The notes under the pieces are model-generated. The model saw only the letters and a list, made by a program, of their open reading frames with translations. It had not been told where the DNA came from and searched no databases. Positions 11,790-31,579 of a stretch of DNA of 64,000 nt are shown here, in pieces. Position numbers and translations under genes: made by a program. The DNA is from Spirogloea muscicola (Eukaryota). The first letter of the stretch is position 1; the number at the start of each line of letters is the position of its first letter. The DNA lies in NCBI GenBank assembly GCA_009602725.1, contig WELB01000014.1, positions 313,593-377,592 on the forward strand. The letters are read 5' to 3'.

Positions 11790-14100
11790 AAGCCGTTAAG
11801 TCAGGGCACTGGCTTCCGTGGCTAAGCTCCGCCACTAAGTTAGCCGCTCCCCAAGTTAGCGTGTTGGAGTAAGAAGAAGAGTGAAAGACGCATCCAGGCG
11901 AGGGAGGAGGCTGGGAGAGGCCAGCCCAGAAAAAAGAATAACCAAGTTCGAAGGGGACAGGGAAAGCGCTAAAGAAAGGGAGAAGAACGAGAAGGGCTCG
12001 CCCGTAGAGGATAGGGGCTGGAAAAGGCCAGCCCAAAAGAAGAAAGCACACATGCAACCAAGCAGCTACGAAACAATCAGTAACCCCTGCTAAGCAAGCA
12101 GCCGCAGGTCAGAGAAGAAGAAAGACTCTTCCAGTACAGTGCGATGGCTGTGATTGGCCACCTTGTCAACTTTCTATGTGCTCACTCATGGTACTAACGT
12201 CGCACTGTTACCTTAGTCACCTTAGCATAGGGCTTCGATTTCTGTAGCCCCGCTCCTTGCACTAGCTTTTGTCTGAACTGTGTTTTGGCTTTAGTTGGCC
12301 ACCCTTTCATTTCATGCTCATCAAGCGCCTTCTCTCTCTTGTGCATCACATTCAGGCCCGCCTTTCACAGGCATTGCTTCTCTCTTTCACAGCCACCAGC
12401 TACATGGGAAGCATTTCTACACTTGGCACCGCCCTGCCATGCCACAAAGCGTTGACTGCCGTACGACGTCGATAGGCCAGAGTAGCAGACAGTAAGTGTT
12501 GTGTTAAAATCCAAGCAGGAAACACGAAGCAAAGCAGGTGTCCACGTACGACATGCAAAAGCAAAGATAATGGCTTGCGCAGATGGTGTCTGTGTTGTGG
12601 CCGTGAGAGAAGTGGCTCTCCCAATGGGGGCAAGGTGAAAAGCCAGACCAAAAAGACAAAGGTTCGAGGGGGTCAAATGAAGGAGGAGCCTAAAAGCGCT
12701 ATTGCAGAACGGGTGTAGGATGGACCACTCAGTAGCTACGAGTGAGGAGCCTCAAATCTAACACTCTAGCTGCCGGAAAGCAATTCCCCTGACGAAAGCC
12801 AGAGGCTGCAGCGAGAGCACGGCCAGCGGGCAGATGCAAGGCGTGGGCCATACACCGCTGGAGGGACATTGAAAGACGCATGCGATAAACCTGGGCCCAC
12901 GAGCCAGCGGCGTTGAAGTCAGCCGGCTCACCTCGCCTGCGGGACACAGCGCGTTGCGCAAGCCTGGCTAGCAAGAGACCCGTGCACATCCACGGCCAGG
13001 GGTACGCTGTGAGAGGCCAGCCCAACAGAGTTGACAAGGTTTGGGATTGGGAGGAGCGAAGAGGACAAGGTGCGCCTGGTGAGTACAAATTGGGAGGGAG
13101 GCCAACGTAAGCCAATACACACTGTTCAGGCCGGAAGAGGGGGAAAAGCGAGCGCGGCCAGATTGACTGGTGGCTGGGAGAGGCCAGCCCGAGCGGGGGG
13201 AAGGAGCGAGGTGCGCACGAAATGAAAAGGTGGCCAAATTCAAACAGTGTTGTTCACTATTCATGCAAAAGAAGTGGCACTCCCAATGGGGGCAAGGGCT
13301 GTGAAAAGCCGGCCCGAAAAGTGTTGACAAAGGTTCAAAGGGGCCAGAAACGTTTTGCAGCTACGAAGGGGCCTGAAGAAGCTATGTCAGAACGGGGGAA
13401 ATGTGTGTGTGTGTGGGAGGATGGACCACTCAGTAGTTGCGGGTGAGGAGCCTCAAATCCGACAGACTAGCTGCCGGAAAACTATCCCCCTGACGAAAGC
13501 CGGAGGCCGCAGCGAGAGCAGGGCCAGCACGCAGATGTAAGGCTTGGGCCATGGACCGCTGAAGGGAGACCGACAATCTCATGCAATTGACTTGGGCCAA
13601 CGAGCCAGCGGAAAGGCAAAAGCTTTATGCTCGGATATTGTCCATTCTTTCTGGGCTGGCTTTGCTGGCCCCCTTTTTCTTAGGGCGAGCACTTTCTTCT
13701 TTTATGCCAGCCCCTCTTCTCTATAGGCGAGCACTTTCTTCTTCTCTATGTGCTACACGCTTGTAGGCCCCTCCTTTGTCAATTCCTTTTGGGCTGGCAT
13801 TTCGCAGCCCTTGCCCCCATTGGGAGTGCCACTTCTTCTATGGGCGACACCTGCCCAGCTGGCTCGTGGGCTCAGGTATACCGGATGAGATTGTCAGTGT
13901 CCCTCCAGCGGTCCATGGCCCATGCTCTACATCTGCGTGCTGACCGTGCTCTCACTGCGGCCTCGGGCTTTCGGCAGGGCGATCGTTTTCCGGCAGCTAG
14001 TCTGTCGGATCTGCGGCTCCTCACTCGTAACTAATAAGTGATCCATCCTCCCCCCGTGCTGACCTGACCTCTTCAGGCCCCTCTGTAGCTACTTTTCTTT
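11790..14100. repeat. Cluster of nested dispersed-repeat (MITE-like) modules between ATG14 and NF-YB
   Basis: A ~190-240 bp unit (GGATGGACCACTCAGTAG...CCCCTGACGAAAGCC...GGGCCATGGACCGCTG) at 12716-12910(+), 13417-13610(+) and 13858-14050(-); GAAGTGGCACTCCCAATGGGGGCAAGG at ~12610, 13271 and 13810-13836(-). Confidence 0.85.
13359..14090. mobile_element. MITE-like fold-back element with ~240-bp imperfect terminal inverted repeats
   Basis: 13359-13610 is approximately the reverse complement of 13858-14090. No clear target-site duplication found. Confidence 0.6.
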
Positions 14101-14107
14101 TCTTCTA

Positions 14108-14485
14108 CGGGACGCCCTGGCGGGCTTGATGCGCGACGCCGGCTACCGCGCCATCGTTGAAGTGAGCAATGTAATGCCCATCACCACGGATTCCCAGGGA
14201 CGCCTTCACCGACGCACCCTGGACATTGTGGGTGTACAACCTGGCGGAGGCCCACGAGCTTTGGTTGATGTGGTGGTGACTGAGGCATACAAGAGTTCCA
14301 GTTCCACACACATTGCTGGCCACGCAGTGGGAGGTGCTGAGTAGAAAAAGCTCCGACACTACTCAGACTACCCCCGCAGTGACCACCTCCTCCCGGCCGC
14401 AATCGACACTTTCGGCTGCTTGGGTCCTCGCTTCCATACCCTACTCGAGAACATAGCGAGTCTGGGATATGCACGACGCGAGGAT
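14108..14485 (+). mobile_element. Decayed restriction-like endonuclease (RLE) domain of a non-LTR retrotransposon (CRE/NeSL/R2-type)
   Basis: Reads RRTLDIV...ALVDVVVT...AE*KKLRHY...LLPAAIDTFGCLG...LLENIA, fitting the RLE D..DV..K..Y..P...(E/D)xxG pattern. In-frame TAG at 14342-14344. Runs into a gap. Confidence 0.7.
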
Positions 14486-15111
14486 NNNNNNNNNNNNNNN
14501 NNNNNNNNNNNNNNNNNNNNNNNNNNNNNNNNNNNNNNNNNNNNNNNNNNNNNNNNNNNNNNNNNNNNNNNNNNNNNNNNNNNNNNNNNNNNNNNNNNNN
14601 NNNNNNNNNNNNNNNNNNNNNNNNNNNNNNNNNNNNNNNNNNNNNNNNNNNNNNNNNNNNNNNNNNNNNNNNNNNNNNNNNNNNNNNNNNNNNNNNNNNN
14701 NNNNNNNNNNNNNNNNNNNNNNNNNNNNNNNNNNNNNNNNNNNNNNNNNNNNNNNNNNNNNNNNNNNNNNNNNNNNNNNNNNNNNNNNNNNNNNNNNNNN
14801 NNNNNNNNNNNNNNNNNNNNNNNNNNNNNNNNNNNNNNNNNNNNNNNNNNNNNNNNNNNNNNNNNNNNNNNNNNNNNNNNNNNNNNNNNNNNNNNNNNNN
14901 NNNNNNNNNNNNNNNNNNNNNNNNNNNNNNNNNNNNNNNNNNNNNNNNNNNNNNNNNNNNNNNNNNNNNNNNNNNNNNNNNNNNNNNNNNNNNNNNNNNN
15001 NNNNNNNNNNNNNNNNNNNNNNNNNNNNNNNNNNNNNNNNNNNNNNNNNNNNNNNNNNNNNNNNNNNNNNNNNNNNNNNNNNNNNNNNNNNNNNNNNNNN
15101 NNNNNNNNNNN

Positions 15112-16900
<1,789 letters not shown>

Positions 16901-17370
16901 GCCCGCCAAGTCAGGCCTCATACCATTACATAGCTACTTCCTGAGAGCGCATATTGTGTAGTCCAATCTCTATTTCGTACACTAGATTTCTATTAAGTTC
17001 TACTTAGCTCATAGCCTATCTTCTTACCGAGCCCAAAAGTGTGCAGCATCATCTGTGGCATACAGTAGATTGTTGTCCCCTGGTCGAAAAAAGCCTGTGC
17101 CAGCAGCAGGATCGAGCTTTGTCTAGGACTGGCCAGACATCTCCATGTTGAGGGCACGCTCTTGCAGAAGGCGTCTCCAGATCTTATGCGGGGCTGAGCA
17201 GGGCTCATTGCAGGACGAGAGGGCCTCATCATAATTTATGGAACTCAAGTGGAGGTCCTATCTGACGAATGGACGAAACTCTGAAGTCGACGAAAAACAT
17301 TCATTCTGTGGAGTGGGCCTGCCCCTTCTTGCCTCGAACCCTCTCATATCGCAGGTGACAACAATGCCAC

Positions 17371-17950
17371 TCCCCACGCGCAGAGACAATACTGCAACGT
17401 CCCAACGCACAGAGACAATACTGCAACCTTCACACAAGGAGAATGCAATCCACCAACAGGAGGGCAAAGCCCATGTTGTGTCTGCAAGTGAAGGCCTTTT
17501 CAATCAAAACTGCGCAGAAGTTAAGGCAAAGAACGGTGGCAAGCTGCTCCACACAATGCTGGACAGTGCTTAAATTGCTACTACAGGCAACTACACCTGA
17601 AACAAATTAAAACAACCTGAGGCTGCTGCCAGTCTGCGCTTCCACTCTTGTGTGGAGCACTTTCAGCAAGGCTCAAAAGAATAGACGATTTCGCTATCAG
17701 AACACCTCTCTGAGGCGACCAGCTTGTAGCTGGCCCTACAAGCTGGCCACTGGAGCTGCGCTTGTCAAGCATGCTCTGGTCTGCAGAGTACTCTTGGCAA
17801 GAAATCACAGGCACGGGAGCTGCCCCCCAACACCGGTGCTCCACCAGCAGTTTCTCGCACTCGCCATGGCAGCCCGAGATCTGGAGGTGGTGAGGCGGGA
17901 CAGGAGCTAGGTTGACGCAAAAGGCGGGACAGGAGCTAGGTTGACGCAAA
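17371..17950. repeat. Two separate 29-bp tandem duplications downstream of the BZR stop
   Basis: 17371-17428 (TCCCMACGCRCAGAGACAATACTGCAACS x2) and 17893-17950 (AGGCGGGACAGGAGCTAGGTTGACGCAAA x2). Confidence 0.9.
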
Positions 17951-18079
17951 CAGGGTGAAAAGTGAACAAGCAGTGGCCAATTGGCACAGCTAGCAGCTTC
18001 ATAGCAGTCAAAGGGACCATGGCCACTGGAGAAGCTGAGGCAACAAGGAGTAGGGAAGCTGCCGGCATTGCTGCCCTGT

Positions 18080-19539
18080 TCATCCATTAGAGCCCGCCAG
18101 TGCGTCGCCGGGCCGAGGGCGGGCGCGCTTGCCGGTGCGCTGCAGCTGCTTGGACAGCTGCTGCAGGTTGTCGCAGCCATCACCGCCAATGCCCATGGAA
18201 GTGACAGCCTGGGGCATCGTTTGCGGGTGGTGCAGTGCCAGCGGCAGCGGCGTCTGCCCTTGCACCACGGGCACCATCATGCCTGCGTGGCTGCTGCCGC
18301 CGAGGTGGTGGCCATCTAGAGCCACGTGGCCCCGCCCCTCCGGCCGGTGGTCGCCCAGCAGCATGCCGCCATTGCCGTCCATTGCGCTGCTCGAGCTCAC
18401 AAGCAAGGTGGGGTCATCACGCGCCAGGTCCATGGTCTGGAGGGCTCCGCAACCCTCTGACTGCTTGCCGGCCTCAGCCCCAGGACTTGAAAGACCTCCC
18501 GGGCCCCGCTGGAGGCCATTGAGCGGCCCAGCCGGCAAGACAAAGCCGCTGCAGCCGCTGCCGACGGCGCTGCTGCCGCCTCCACCAGAGTGCATGGGGA
18601 CCATCCCCTGGGGTATGACCACTGAGCTGGTATATGACGACTGTGGGTGGTACGGCAGGGTCATGGAGGAGTGCGACGGGTTTGGGCCGGTGAGGTTGAC
18701 AGACTGCTGCGACATGGCCATGCCCAGGCCATGGCTGCCGTCTACCGCGCCTGACGATACAGTCCCGCAGGCCCCGGGCGGCTGGCTCCCCAGGTTGACG
18801 CCGGCCACGAGCTGCGGCGGCGTGCCCTGGACGTACAGCGACAGCGGCGGGGACCCCATGGGCACTGCTGACGACCTCGGCCCCCTCGTCGAAAGCGACA
18901 AGTGCCCATGCACGCCGCCGCCCTGCATTCCCCGTCAAGGGCGCGGCGAGCCGCTGAGGGTCAGAGCTCTGGCCTCCGACGCGCGAGGCGCCCTCACTGG
19001 AGCACTGCGGACCTCAGTGAAACCGGCTGAAGAAGGCAGTTCATGCGGGCCACACGCAGTGCCGCCACAATACAGACGGCGTGTGCTGGGAGGGTGGGAG
19101 GCCCACCGGCATGCGGTACGTAGCGCCGTCGGCCTCGACCACCCAGCCCGCCTCGGCGGCGAGCGCGCGCAGGACGTCGTTGATGTCGGCGCGCGGCGGG
19201 AGGTTGTAGCCGCCGTACTTGCGCAGGCCGGCGAAGATCTTGGTGGTGATGGCGCGCCGCTGCCGCTCGCGCAGCTTCGTCTTCTCCTTCTCGCTGGCGC
19301 TCTGGCGCGCGACGTCGTCCCGGCCGCCGGGCCCAGCATTGGGCGCCGCAGCGCGGGCGCTCGCCCCGGGCGCCCTCATGTAGTACCCGTCCGCCAGCTG
19401 GGCGCCGCCGCCGCCGCCGGAGTCCTCGCCGGCGAGGGCGTCGCCCTCCTCCTCGCCGTCCAGCGGCCCGTCCTCGTCGCCCGGGCCCCCGTCCAGGCCG
19501 CCGTCGTCCGCCGTGTCGCCCGGCGGGGGCGCCCGCCGA
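18080..19539 (-). CDS. BZR/BES1-family transcription factor (non-canonical), 5' end in gap
   Basis: DNA-binding domain [60 protein letters not shown]; intron ~18924-19106; long G/S/P/M-rich last exon. Confidence 0.9.
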
Positions 19540-20349
19540 NNNNNNNNNNNNNNNNNNNNNNNNNNNNNNNNNNNNNNNNNNNNNNNNNNNNNNNNNNNNN
19601 NNNNNNNNNNNNNNNNNNNNNNNNNNNNNNNNNNNNNNNNNNNNNNNNNNNNNNNNNNNNNNNNNNNNNNNNNNNNNNNNNNNNNNNNNNNNNNNNNNNN
19701 NNNNNNNNNNNNNNNNNNNNNNNNNNNNNNNNNNNNNNNNNNNNNNNNNNNNNNNNNNNNNNNNNNNNNNNNNNNNNNNNNNNNNNNNNNNNNNNNNNNN
19801 NNNNNNNNNNNNNNNNNNNNNNNNNNNNNNNNNNNNNNNNNNNNNNNNNNNNNNNNNNNNNNNNNNNNNNNNNNNNNNNNNNNNNNNNNNNNNNNNNNNN
19901 NNNNNNNNNNNNNNNNNNNNNNNNNNNNNNNNNNNNNNNNNNNNNNNNNNNNNNNNNNNNNNNNNNNNNNNNNNNNNNNNNNNNNNNNNNNNNNNNNNNN
20001 NNNNNNNNNNNNNNNNNNNNNNNNNNNNNNNNNNNNNNNNNNNNNNNNNNNNNNNNNNNNNNNNNNNNNNNNNNNNNNNNNNNNNNNNNNNNNNNNNNNN
20101 NNNNNNNNNNNNNNNNNNNNNNNNNNNNNNNNNNNNNNNNNNNNNNNNNNNNNNNNNNNNNNNNNNNNNNNNNNNNNNNNNNNNNNNNNNNNNNNNNNNN
20201 NNNNNNNNNNNNNNNNNNNNNNNNNNNNNNNNNNNNNNNNNNNNNNNNNNNNNNNNNNNNNNNNNNNNNNNNNNNNNNNNNNNNNNNNNNNNNNNNNNNN
20301 NNNNNNNNNNNNNNNNNNNNNNNNNNNNNNNNNNNNNNNNNNNNNNNNN

Positions 20350-20600
20350 GCCTGAAGAGGCTATGGCAGAACGGGGGAGGATGGACCACTTAGTAGTTAC
20401 GAGTGAGGAGCCTCACATCCGACGGACTAGCTGCCGGTAAACTATCCCCCTGACGAAAGCCGGAGGCCGCAGCGAGAGCACGGCCAGCACGCAGATGCAA
20501 GGCGTGGGCCATGGACCGCTGGAGGGAGACGGACAAGCGCACTGAAAAAGCGCTTCCAGGTTGACAGGCAGTGGCTGTGCGAAGCCAGCCCAAAAGGAAG
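20350..20600 (+). repeat. Copy of the ~240-bp repeat arm between BZR and RRM genes
   Basis: Close match to 13372-13580. Confidence 0.85.
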
Positions 20601-21241
20601 GACTCGCGTGCGCAGCCGGAGGCGGCGCAGCCGCAGCGCGGGGCCGTGGCTCGGGGCGCATGGCCCTGCCCCATCCCCGCCGCCCTGCCGCCAGCTCGGC
20701 GCCGCAATTGGGCTGCGGGGACGGGCCCTCGCCCGCGGCGCTCCCCCCGCCGCCGGTGCGGACCGCTTCTGCGGCCGCCATGAGGCCGTGAGCAGCCCCC
20801 CGGCCTGGCAGCCAGCATCCCCTCGGCGGATTCGGCGGCGCCCGCCGCGCCAGCGGCGGCGTCGGGGGACGGCGGGCGGTCGCCTGAGAGCTGGCATGGG
20901 CGTCCCGGAGGCTTGCTGAGAGGCCTCGAGGCGGCCCCCACCACAATGGCCTCTCGGCGCTGGAGCAAGCGGCCGCGAGCATGAGGCATGCCGGGAGGCC
21001 CCGTCAGTCCTTCTGGCCGTGTCGACAGCTCCTCGGCAAGCCGCTGCGCCCGCCGTAGAGGCCTGTCACCCTCGCGACGCGCAACGTGGCTGGGACGCTG
21101 CACAGTGCCAGACAGGGCAGCCGGGATGGCAGCCTGAGCAGCCGCCGTGGGCCCACGGTGCAGCCGGCTCCGGCAACCCCTCCACGCCCGCCGGCCCTGC
21201 AGCTGGCTCTGCCACCTGCAGACGCCACGCTGTGCGGGAGC

Positions 21242-23454
21242 ATGGCCCACCCGAACCAATTTGGCGACACAACCTTCACCAAGGTCTTCGTCGGCGGCCT
21301 AGCCTGGGAAACGCAGCGCGACACGATGCGCACTTACTTTGAGCAGTTCGGCGAGATCCTGGAAGCGGTCGTCATCACCGACCGCGTCACCGGGCGGTCG
21401 AAAGGCTATGGCTTTGTGAGCACGAGGCTCTCCCACCTCCCTTGCCACAGGACCGCTCAGCTGAGCCAGCTGCATGTGGCATGCAGAGCCGCCGCGCAGA
21501 GGGCAGTGCTGGCTCGTTCACCCTCTTGTGGGCCTCTCGGCATTGCCGCCAGCACGGCCAGCTGGTCGAGAACATGCAACATATGCCAGGCCAGCACGCT
21601 GTTGAGAGCCGGTGCAGTCAACAGCACTGACATGGTGCCAGCCACCATGCCTTCCTCGCTCGTGTGCGGCCAGGTCACATTCAAGGACCCCGAAGCAGCT
21701 CGGCGAGCTTGTATGGACCCCACGCCGGTGATTGATGGGCGGCGGGCAAACTGCAACCTTGCCTCCCTTGGCCAGAAGCACCGGCACACTGGCTTGCACC
21801 AAGGTAAGGCAGCCAGCAGCATATCTCTGCGCAGCCTGCAAGTGCACGTGGTCTGCAAAAAGCTGGCAACCTCCAGGCACTTGGGTGCCAATGGCATTGA
21901 CACCCTGGCAGCGGCAAGTTGCCCAGCCATGCCATGTGGCTCCACAACCAGTGTCGGACAGTGCATGTAGGACCGGTGTGTGGTGGGGGATTTGACATAA
22001 ATTCTTCCATATGCTAAAGAAATTTGGCATTGCAGACTTCGTTGATGACATCCCGGTGGTTTTGCGTGCCTGTGTATGATGCAATTGTGCCAAGATCTAG
22101 TCAGTCGGATGTTTATTTTATGGTTCATTCGCTGAAAGCAGAAACAGTGTGCAAGAAAAGATAGATGGCGTATATTTGAGGCAGAAACATTTTGTTTGTG
22201 AGCATATACACTATGTTGAGCCTGCGCTGCATTTGTGGCTGTTGCATCTGATGCAGGACCCCAAGCTGCCAGCCCTGCATATTCGACAGGGTTTGGGCAG
22301 CCAGGCCCATTTGCAGGTTACCCGCAGCAGGGCTTTGCATTCTCTCCATACGGGTCAGCTCAATGACCTCATCAAGTCGTGTCATCAATGTCTACAGTGG
22401 CTCCTCCTCCTGGCTCCTTCTGCTAGATCATGTCTTCATAACTACCCTGGCCTCTAGCTTGCTTGCTGAGGTTTGAGGTCACCATGCAGCAACACTGCTT
22501 TCCTCAGTGTTGTTGTTAGCACAGCCTCGTTGTTTGTTGTCACTCAGTAGCAGACTTGCTCAGCACATGTTCAGCATCAGTCTTAGAAGGCTGACAGCTC
22601 TTATGAGTGCAGGTATGCACACCCACAATTCCCGGAAGGCTATGCCTTTGCTCCGGTGAGTAGCGGATCCTTCACAATCCTTTCTTGCAGGAGCTCATGC
22701 TCTAAGCCTAGCAAGGAGGTAATAGTCCCAGTCGCAAGCGCATGTGACTATTCACGTCAGAGGTAGATCTGCATGGAGTTGCAAGAGCTTGTGTTGCATC
22801 CTGCACAGTCCTGGTTGTTACTGCTTGCTCATCTAGTGATATCGTATCTCAGCAAAGTCTTGGTACTAGCTAAGCTGCTCGTGGATGTTTTCCAGGGTAT
22901 TTACACACCTTTCCCGCCAGGATTTGCTCCTGGGCTGTATGCGCAGCCGGGCGCCCTTCCAGGGCCTGGCGGGATCTATGCCGGCTACAACCTGTATGCG
23001 GCGGCGCAGCAGCTGTCAGCCGGCGCAGGCTTCCCTGGCCCCCAGGGCTTCCCCCCCGGCCTGCAGTCGCAGCAGCTGGGGGCACTCTACACTGGGCAGA
23101 TTGCCGGCCAGAGCACGCTGACGAGCATAGTTCCTCAGCCGTACCCCGGGCCGATAGTGGTCACCCCGACGCCAGGGGGCACTTCAGGTGCGCTGCTGCC
23201 CCTTGCAAACAATGTAAGTATGATATCTTGGCAAGTGTACCAATCAGATGGCCAGGCAGCATGCAAGGAACGCAAGGCTGGAGACAAGCAGACTACTATG
23301 AAGTCGGGATTCTGAGATCACCACTTGCACTTTATGCTGATTTTGTCCTCCTCTTGCAGGCTCAGCCGGAGCTGTCTCCACGGCGGCCCCCACAGCACCA
23401 GCCCAATTCTCCCCGCAGTTCCCCCCGAGTGGGCCCTCTGACAGCTCCAGTTAG
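21242..23454 (+). CDS. Single-RRM RNA-binding protein (RBM24/RBM38/plant ARP1-like)
   Basis: [19 protein letters not shown]...[42 protein letters not shown], then P/G/Y/Q-rich tail. Exons ~21242-21415, 21674-21803, 22257-22317, 22613-22655, 22896-23188, 23360-23454. Confidence 0.9.
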
Positions 23455-23666
23455 CACTGGACATGAGAGACTGTACACCCTGTGGCCGTCTAATAGAGCA
23501 AACGTTGTAGTCCCAGTGTGCCCAAGTTACGCAACTATGACATGCTCGCCGTCTACCAGGCACATGTCAGCTGCCTGGTCAGGCTTGGCGTTTAGCATTC
23601 CCACGTGTAACAATGATGCATACTTGGCCGGGGACAGGTAAGCGCTACTAGCAGACACCAGCCAAT

Positions 23667-24491
23667 TCAAGGCTGGTCCTTCTTGACAAGGTGAGCACAG
23701 GAGGACGATGTATGCATGCCAATAGCATGCAGCATGGGGGAGAAGCTCGGCACCAGCTGCAACAGCTGCAGCACATGGCCCTTGTGCCGAGGTTGTGGTG
23801 GAGGGGAGGCGATTACGACTTTGTCACAGGCAGTTCCGGAGCTCGTCAAACGGCCTGGCCATACGTTGCAGAGAGGGGGCCCCTAGCTCCAGCAGATGGT
23901 TGGCACGCCCCTGTGGGCCCTGCTTGCCATACTTAATGACGTTTTCGGAGTAGCTTGCAAGCATCGGCAGCGGGCCTGCGCCGATGGCGTAGCCCACAGG
24001 CCTGCTGTAGGCCTTGCCCCATGTGATCTCGTAGAACACCAGGTGCGCTTCCCTCACCTCCCAAAGCTCATTCCCGGTCTCCTCATCGCCTTGATGGCTA
24101 GAAAGACACAGCATCACGTGAGATTGGGATGGTGCTGTTCACAAGCATAGGCTTACAAGTAGAGACCCCCGTAGGAGGCGAGGGCGCCCCTGGTAGTGGA
24201 GCAGATGACATGCGCAGTCATCGATGGGAGCGGTGCTGTGCATGAAGCCTCAGTGGGCCTGACTGCAAGCGCATCGAGCAAGTAGCGTGAGCACTCAGAC
24301 AAGCTGGCGCAGCTGAGCTCATACGTGCGTGCAGAGCTGGCAGCCGATTGCGGAGGCTGCACATCCTGCCCTTCCCGGCCCGTGCCGAGCAGCCGTGAGC
24401 AGCGGGTTGCAAGCGACGCGGGTCTCAGCAGCCATGGCAGCGGGGAGGTCCCCAGGTCGCGGAGGCAGGCGGCGGCGGCTGCGGAGGCCAT
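23667..24491 (-). CDS. Possible small hypothetical protein (structure uncertain)
   Basis: ATG at 24491 (MASAAAAACLRDLG...), plausible GT-AG sites and the repeat promoter module at 24682-24730. No recognisable family. Confidence 0.25.
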
Positions 24492-24977
24492 GGCGGAGCT
24501 TGGGCGTTGGGGCGGGCGCAGCAGGGCCGATTGGAGCCGCCGCCTGCATGCCGGGAGGCGGCGCCAGCAGTGAGCGCGGCCTGCTTGGGGACCACCTATG
24601 CGAAGCGGAGCTGTTGTTGGCGCTTGCGGAGCGGACAAGGGCCCCGTGGTTGGGCCGGGCCCGCAACGAAACGAGAGAAGGCGCGCGCGGTGTGCGCATG
24701 AAACGACAGGGGTGGCCAATCCAAGCCAATGCGAAACGAAGGAAAAGGTGCTGTGCACGATCCGAAAAGGCGGGAGACGGGCGACCAGGAGACGGGCCAG
24801 TTGGTGTCGGCAGCCAGTTAAAGGCCGTCGGGGGGGGGGGTGCCCTCGAGCGCCATGACGCTCTACCTTGCCGGGCAGCCACTGCCCGTCTGGCAAGAGT
24901 CATAACTGCTGCAGGTCGTCATTTCTTAGAAGACAGGCCCCCGTAGCAGACTGTTTGGTGCACAGAGCCACTTCTGA

Positions 24978-26550
<1,573 letters not shown>

Positions 26551-26933
26551 NNNNNNNNNNNNNNNNNNNNNNNNNNNNNNNNNNNNNNNNNNNNNNNNNN
26601 NNNNNNNNNNNNNNNNNNNNNNNNNNNNNNNNNNNNNNNNNNNNNNNNNNNNNNNNNNNNNNNNNNNNNNNNNNNNNNNNNNNNNNNNNNNNNNNNNNNN
26701 NNNNNNNNNNNNNNNNNNNNNNNNNNNNNNNNNNNNNNNNNNNNNNNNNNNNNNNNNNNNNNNNNNNNNNNNNNNNNNNNNNNNNNNNNNNNNNNNNNNN
26801 NNNNNNNNNNNNNNNNNNNNNNNNNNNNNNNNNNNNNNNNNNNNNNNNNNNNNNNNNNNNNNNNNNNNNNNNNNNNNNNNNNNNNNNNNNNNNNNNNNNN
26901 NNNNNNNNNNNNNNNNNNNNNNNNNNNNNNNNN

Positions 26934-30770
<3,837 letters not shown>

Positions 30771-31579
30771 GCGCCCTGGCGTGCATTCAAGCGAGTCACA
30801 AGGACATGGACTCTCGATGGCAGGTAGTCAAGCAAGTGAGAAGCCTTTGGGCATCCAAGCGCCTGGCACTGCTTTCCACCCTGCATGGTTTGTGTGCACT
30901 GATCACACACTGGGCACATATGTTGGGGTGGGACCCCTTTCATGGTGTTAGCTGGCCCACCTGCCTATCCAGCCTCACTGAGCACCTTTACCGCCCGCCC
31001 CAATTGTGTTGCAATGAGAGGGCATGCAACCATGGTTGGTGCAGCTCATCTCACTCCTGGGTGTTAAGGAATCCTGTGGCTGATCTCTGTTAGAGGGCTC
31101 TGAAAGGTGTTGCTTGGCTGTTGAGTGCACCTGCTTGAATTTGCAAGTTTAGACCGCTGCATAAGTGACTGCCTCCACAGGCTGCATGTCAGAAAGATAT
31201 GTCAAGCTGCTGCTCAGAAAACATCGCTGGCACCGCGTCCACCTCTTGTCATCATGCCCTGAATGAAGCCAGAGCCGCCGCTGCCGGCAGTCCAGGCGGG
31301 CGCGAGGACCGGCGCGGCGGCACTTCAAAAGGCTCCGAACAGCTTGCAGTGTGCTCTAACTTGAGCGTGATGATCACGTGATGCCAAACTCACTCGAGAG
31401 CGGTGGAGAAGCAACAGGGCGTGTGCATGCGGCGACATGACACAATGTGTTCCACACCGTTGCAGTGGATCGAGGCTCGTGTCACGCGGCAGCAGCCCGT
31501 GGAGAGCGCGGCTGGCTGCTTGTGGGGGATGGACTTGGGGACCGGTGGCAAGCAGAAGAAGCTAGTCCAAGAGACGAAA

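Noticed and set aside
13488..13520. CTGACGA followed by a small stem, resembling a hammerhead ribozyme core in the repeat arm
   Set aside because: The required GAAA after stem II is GCAG, and the inverted copy reads CTGCCGA, so the core is not conserved.
18129..20393. 754-aa plus-strand ORF and other long antisense ORFs (e.g. 49704-51251, 37437-38237)
   Set aside because: Shadow ORFs of GC-rich real genes on the opposite strand, some inflated by N runs.
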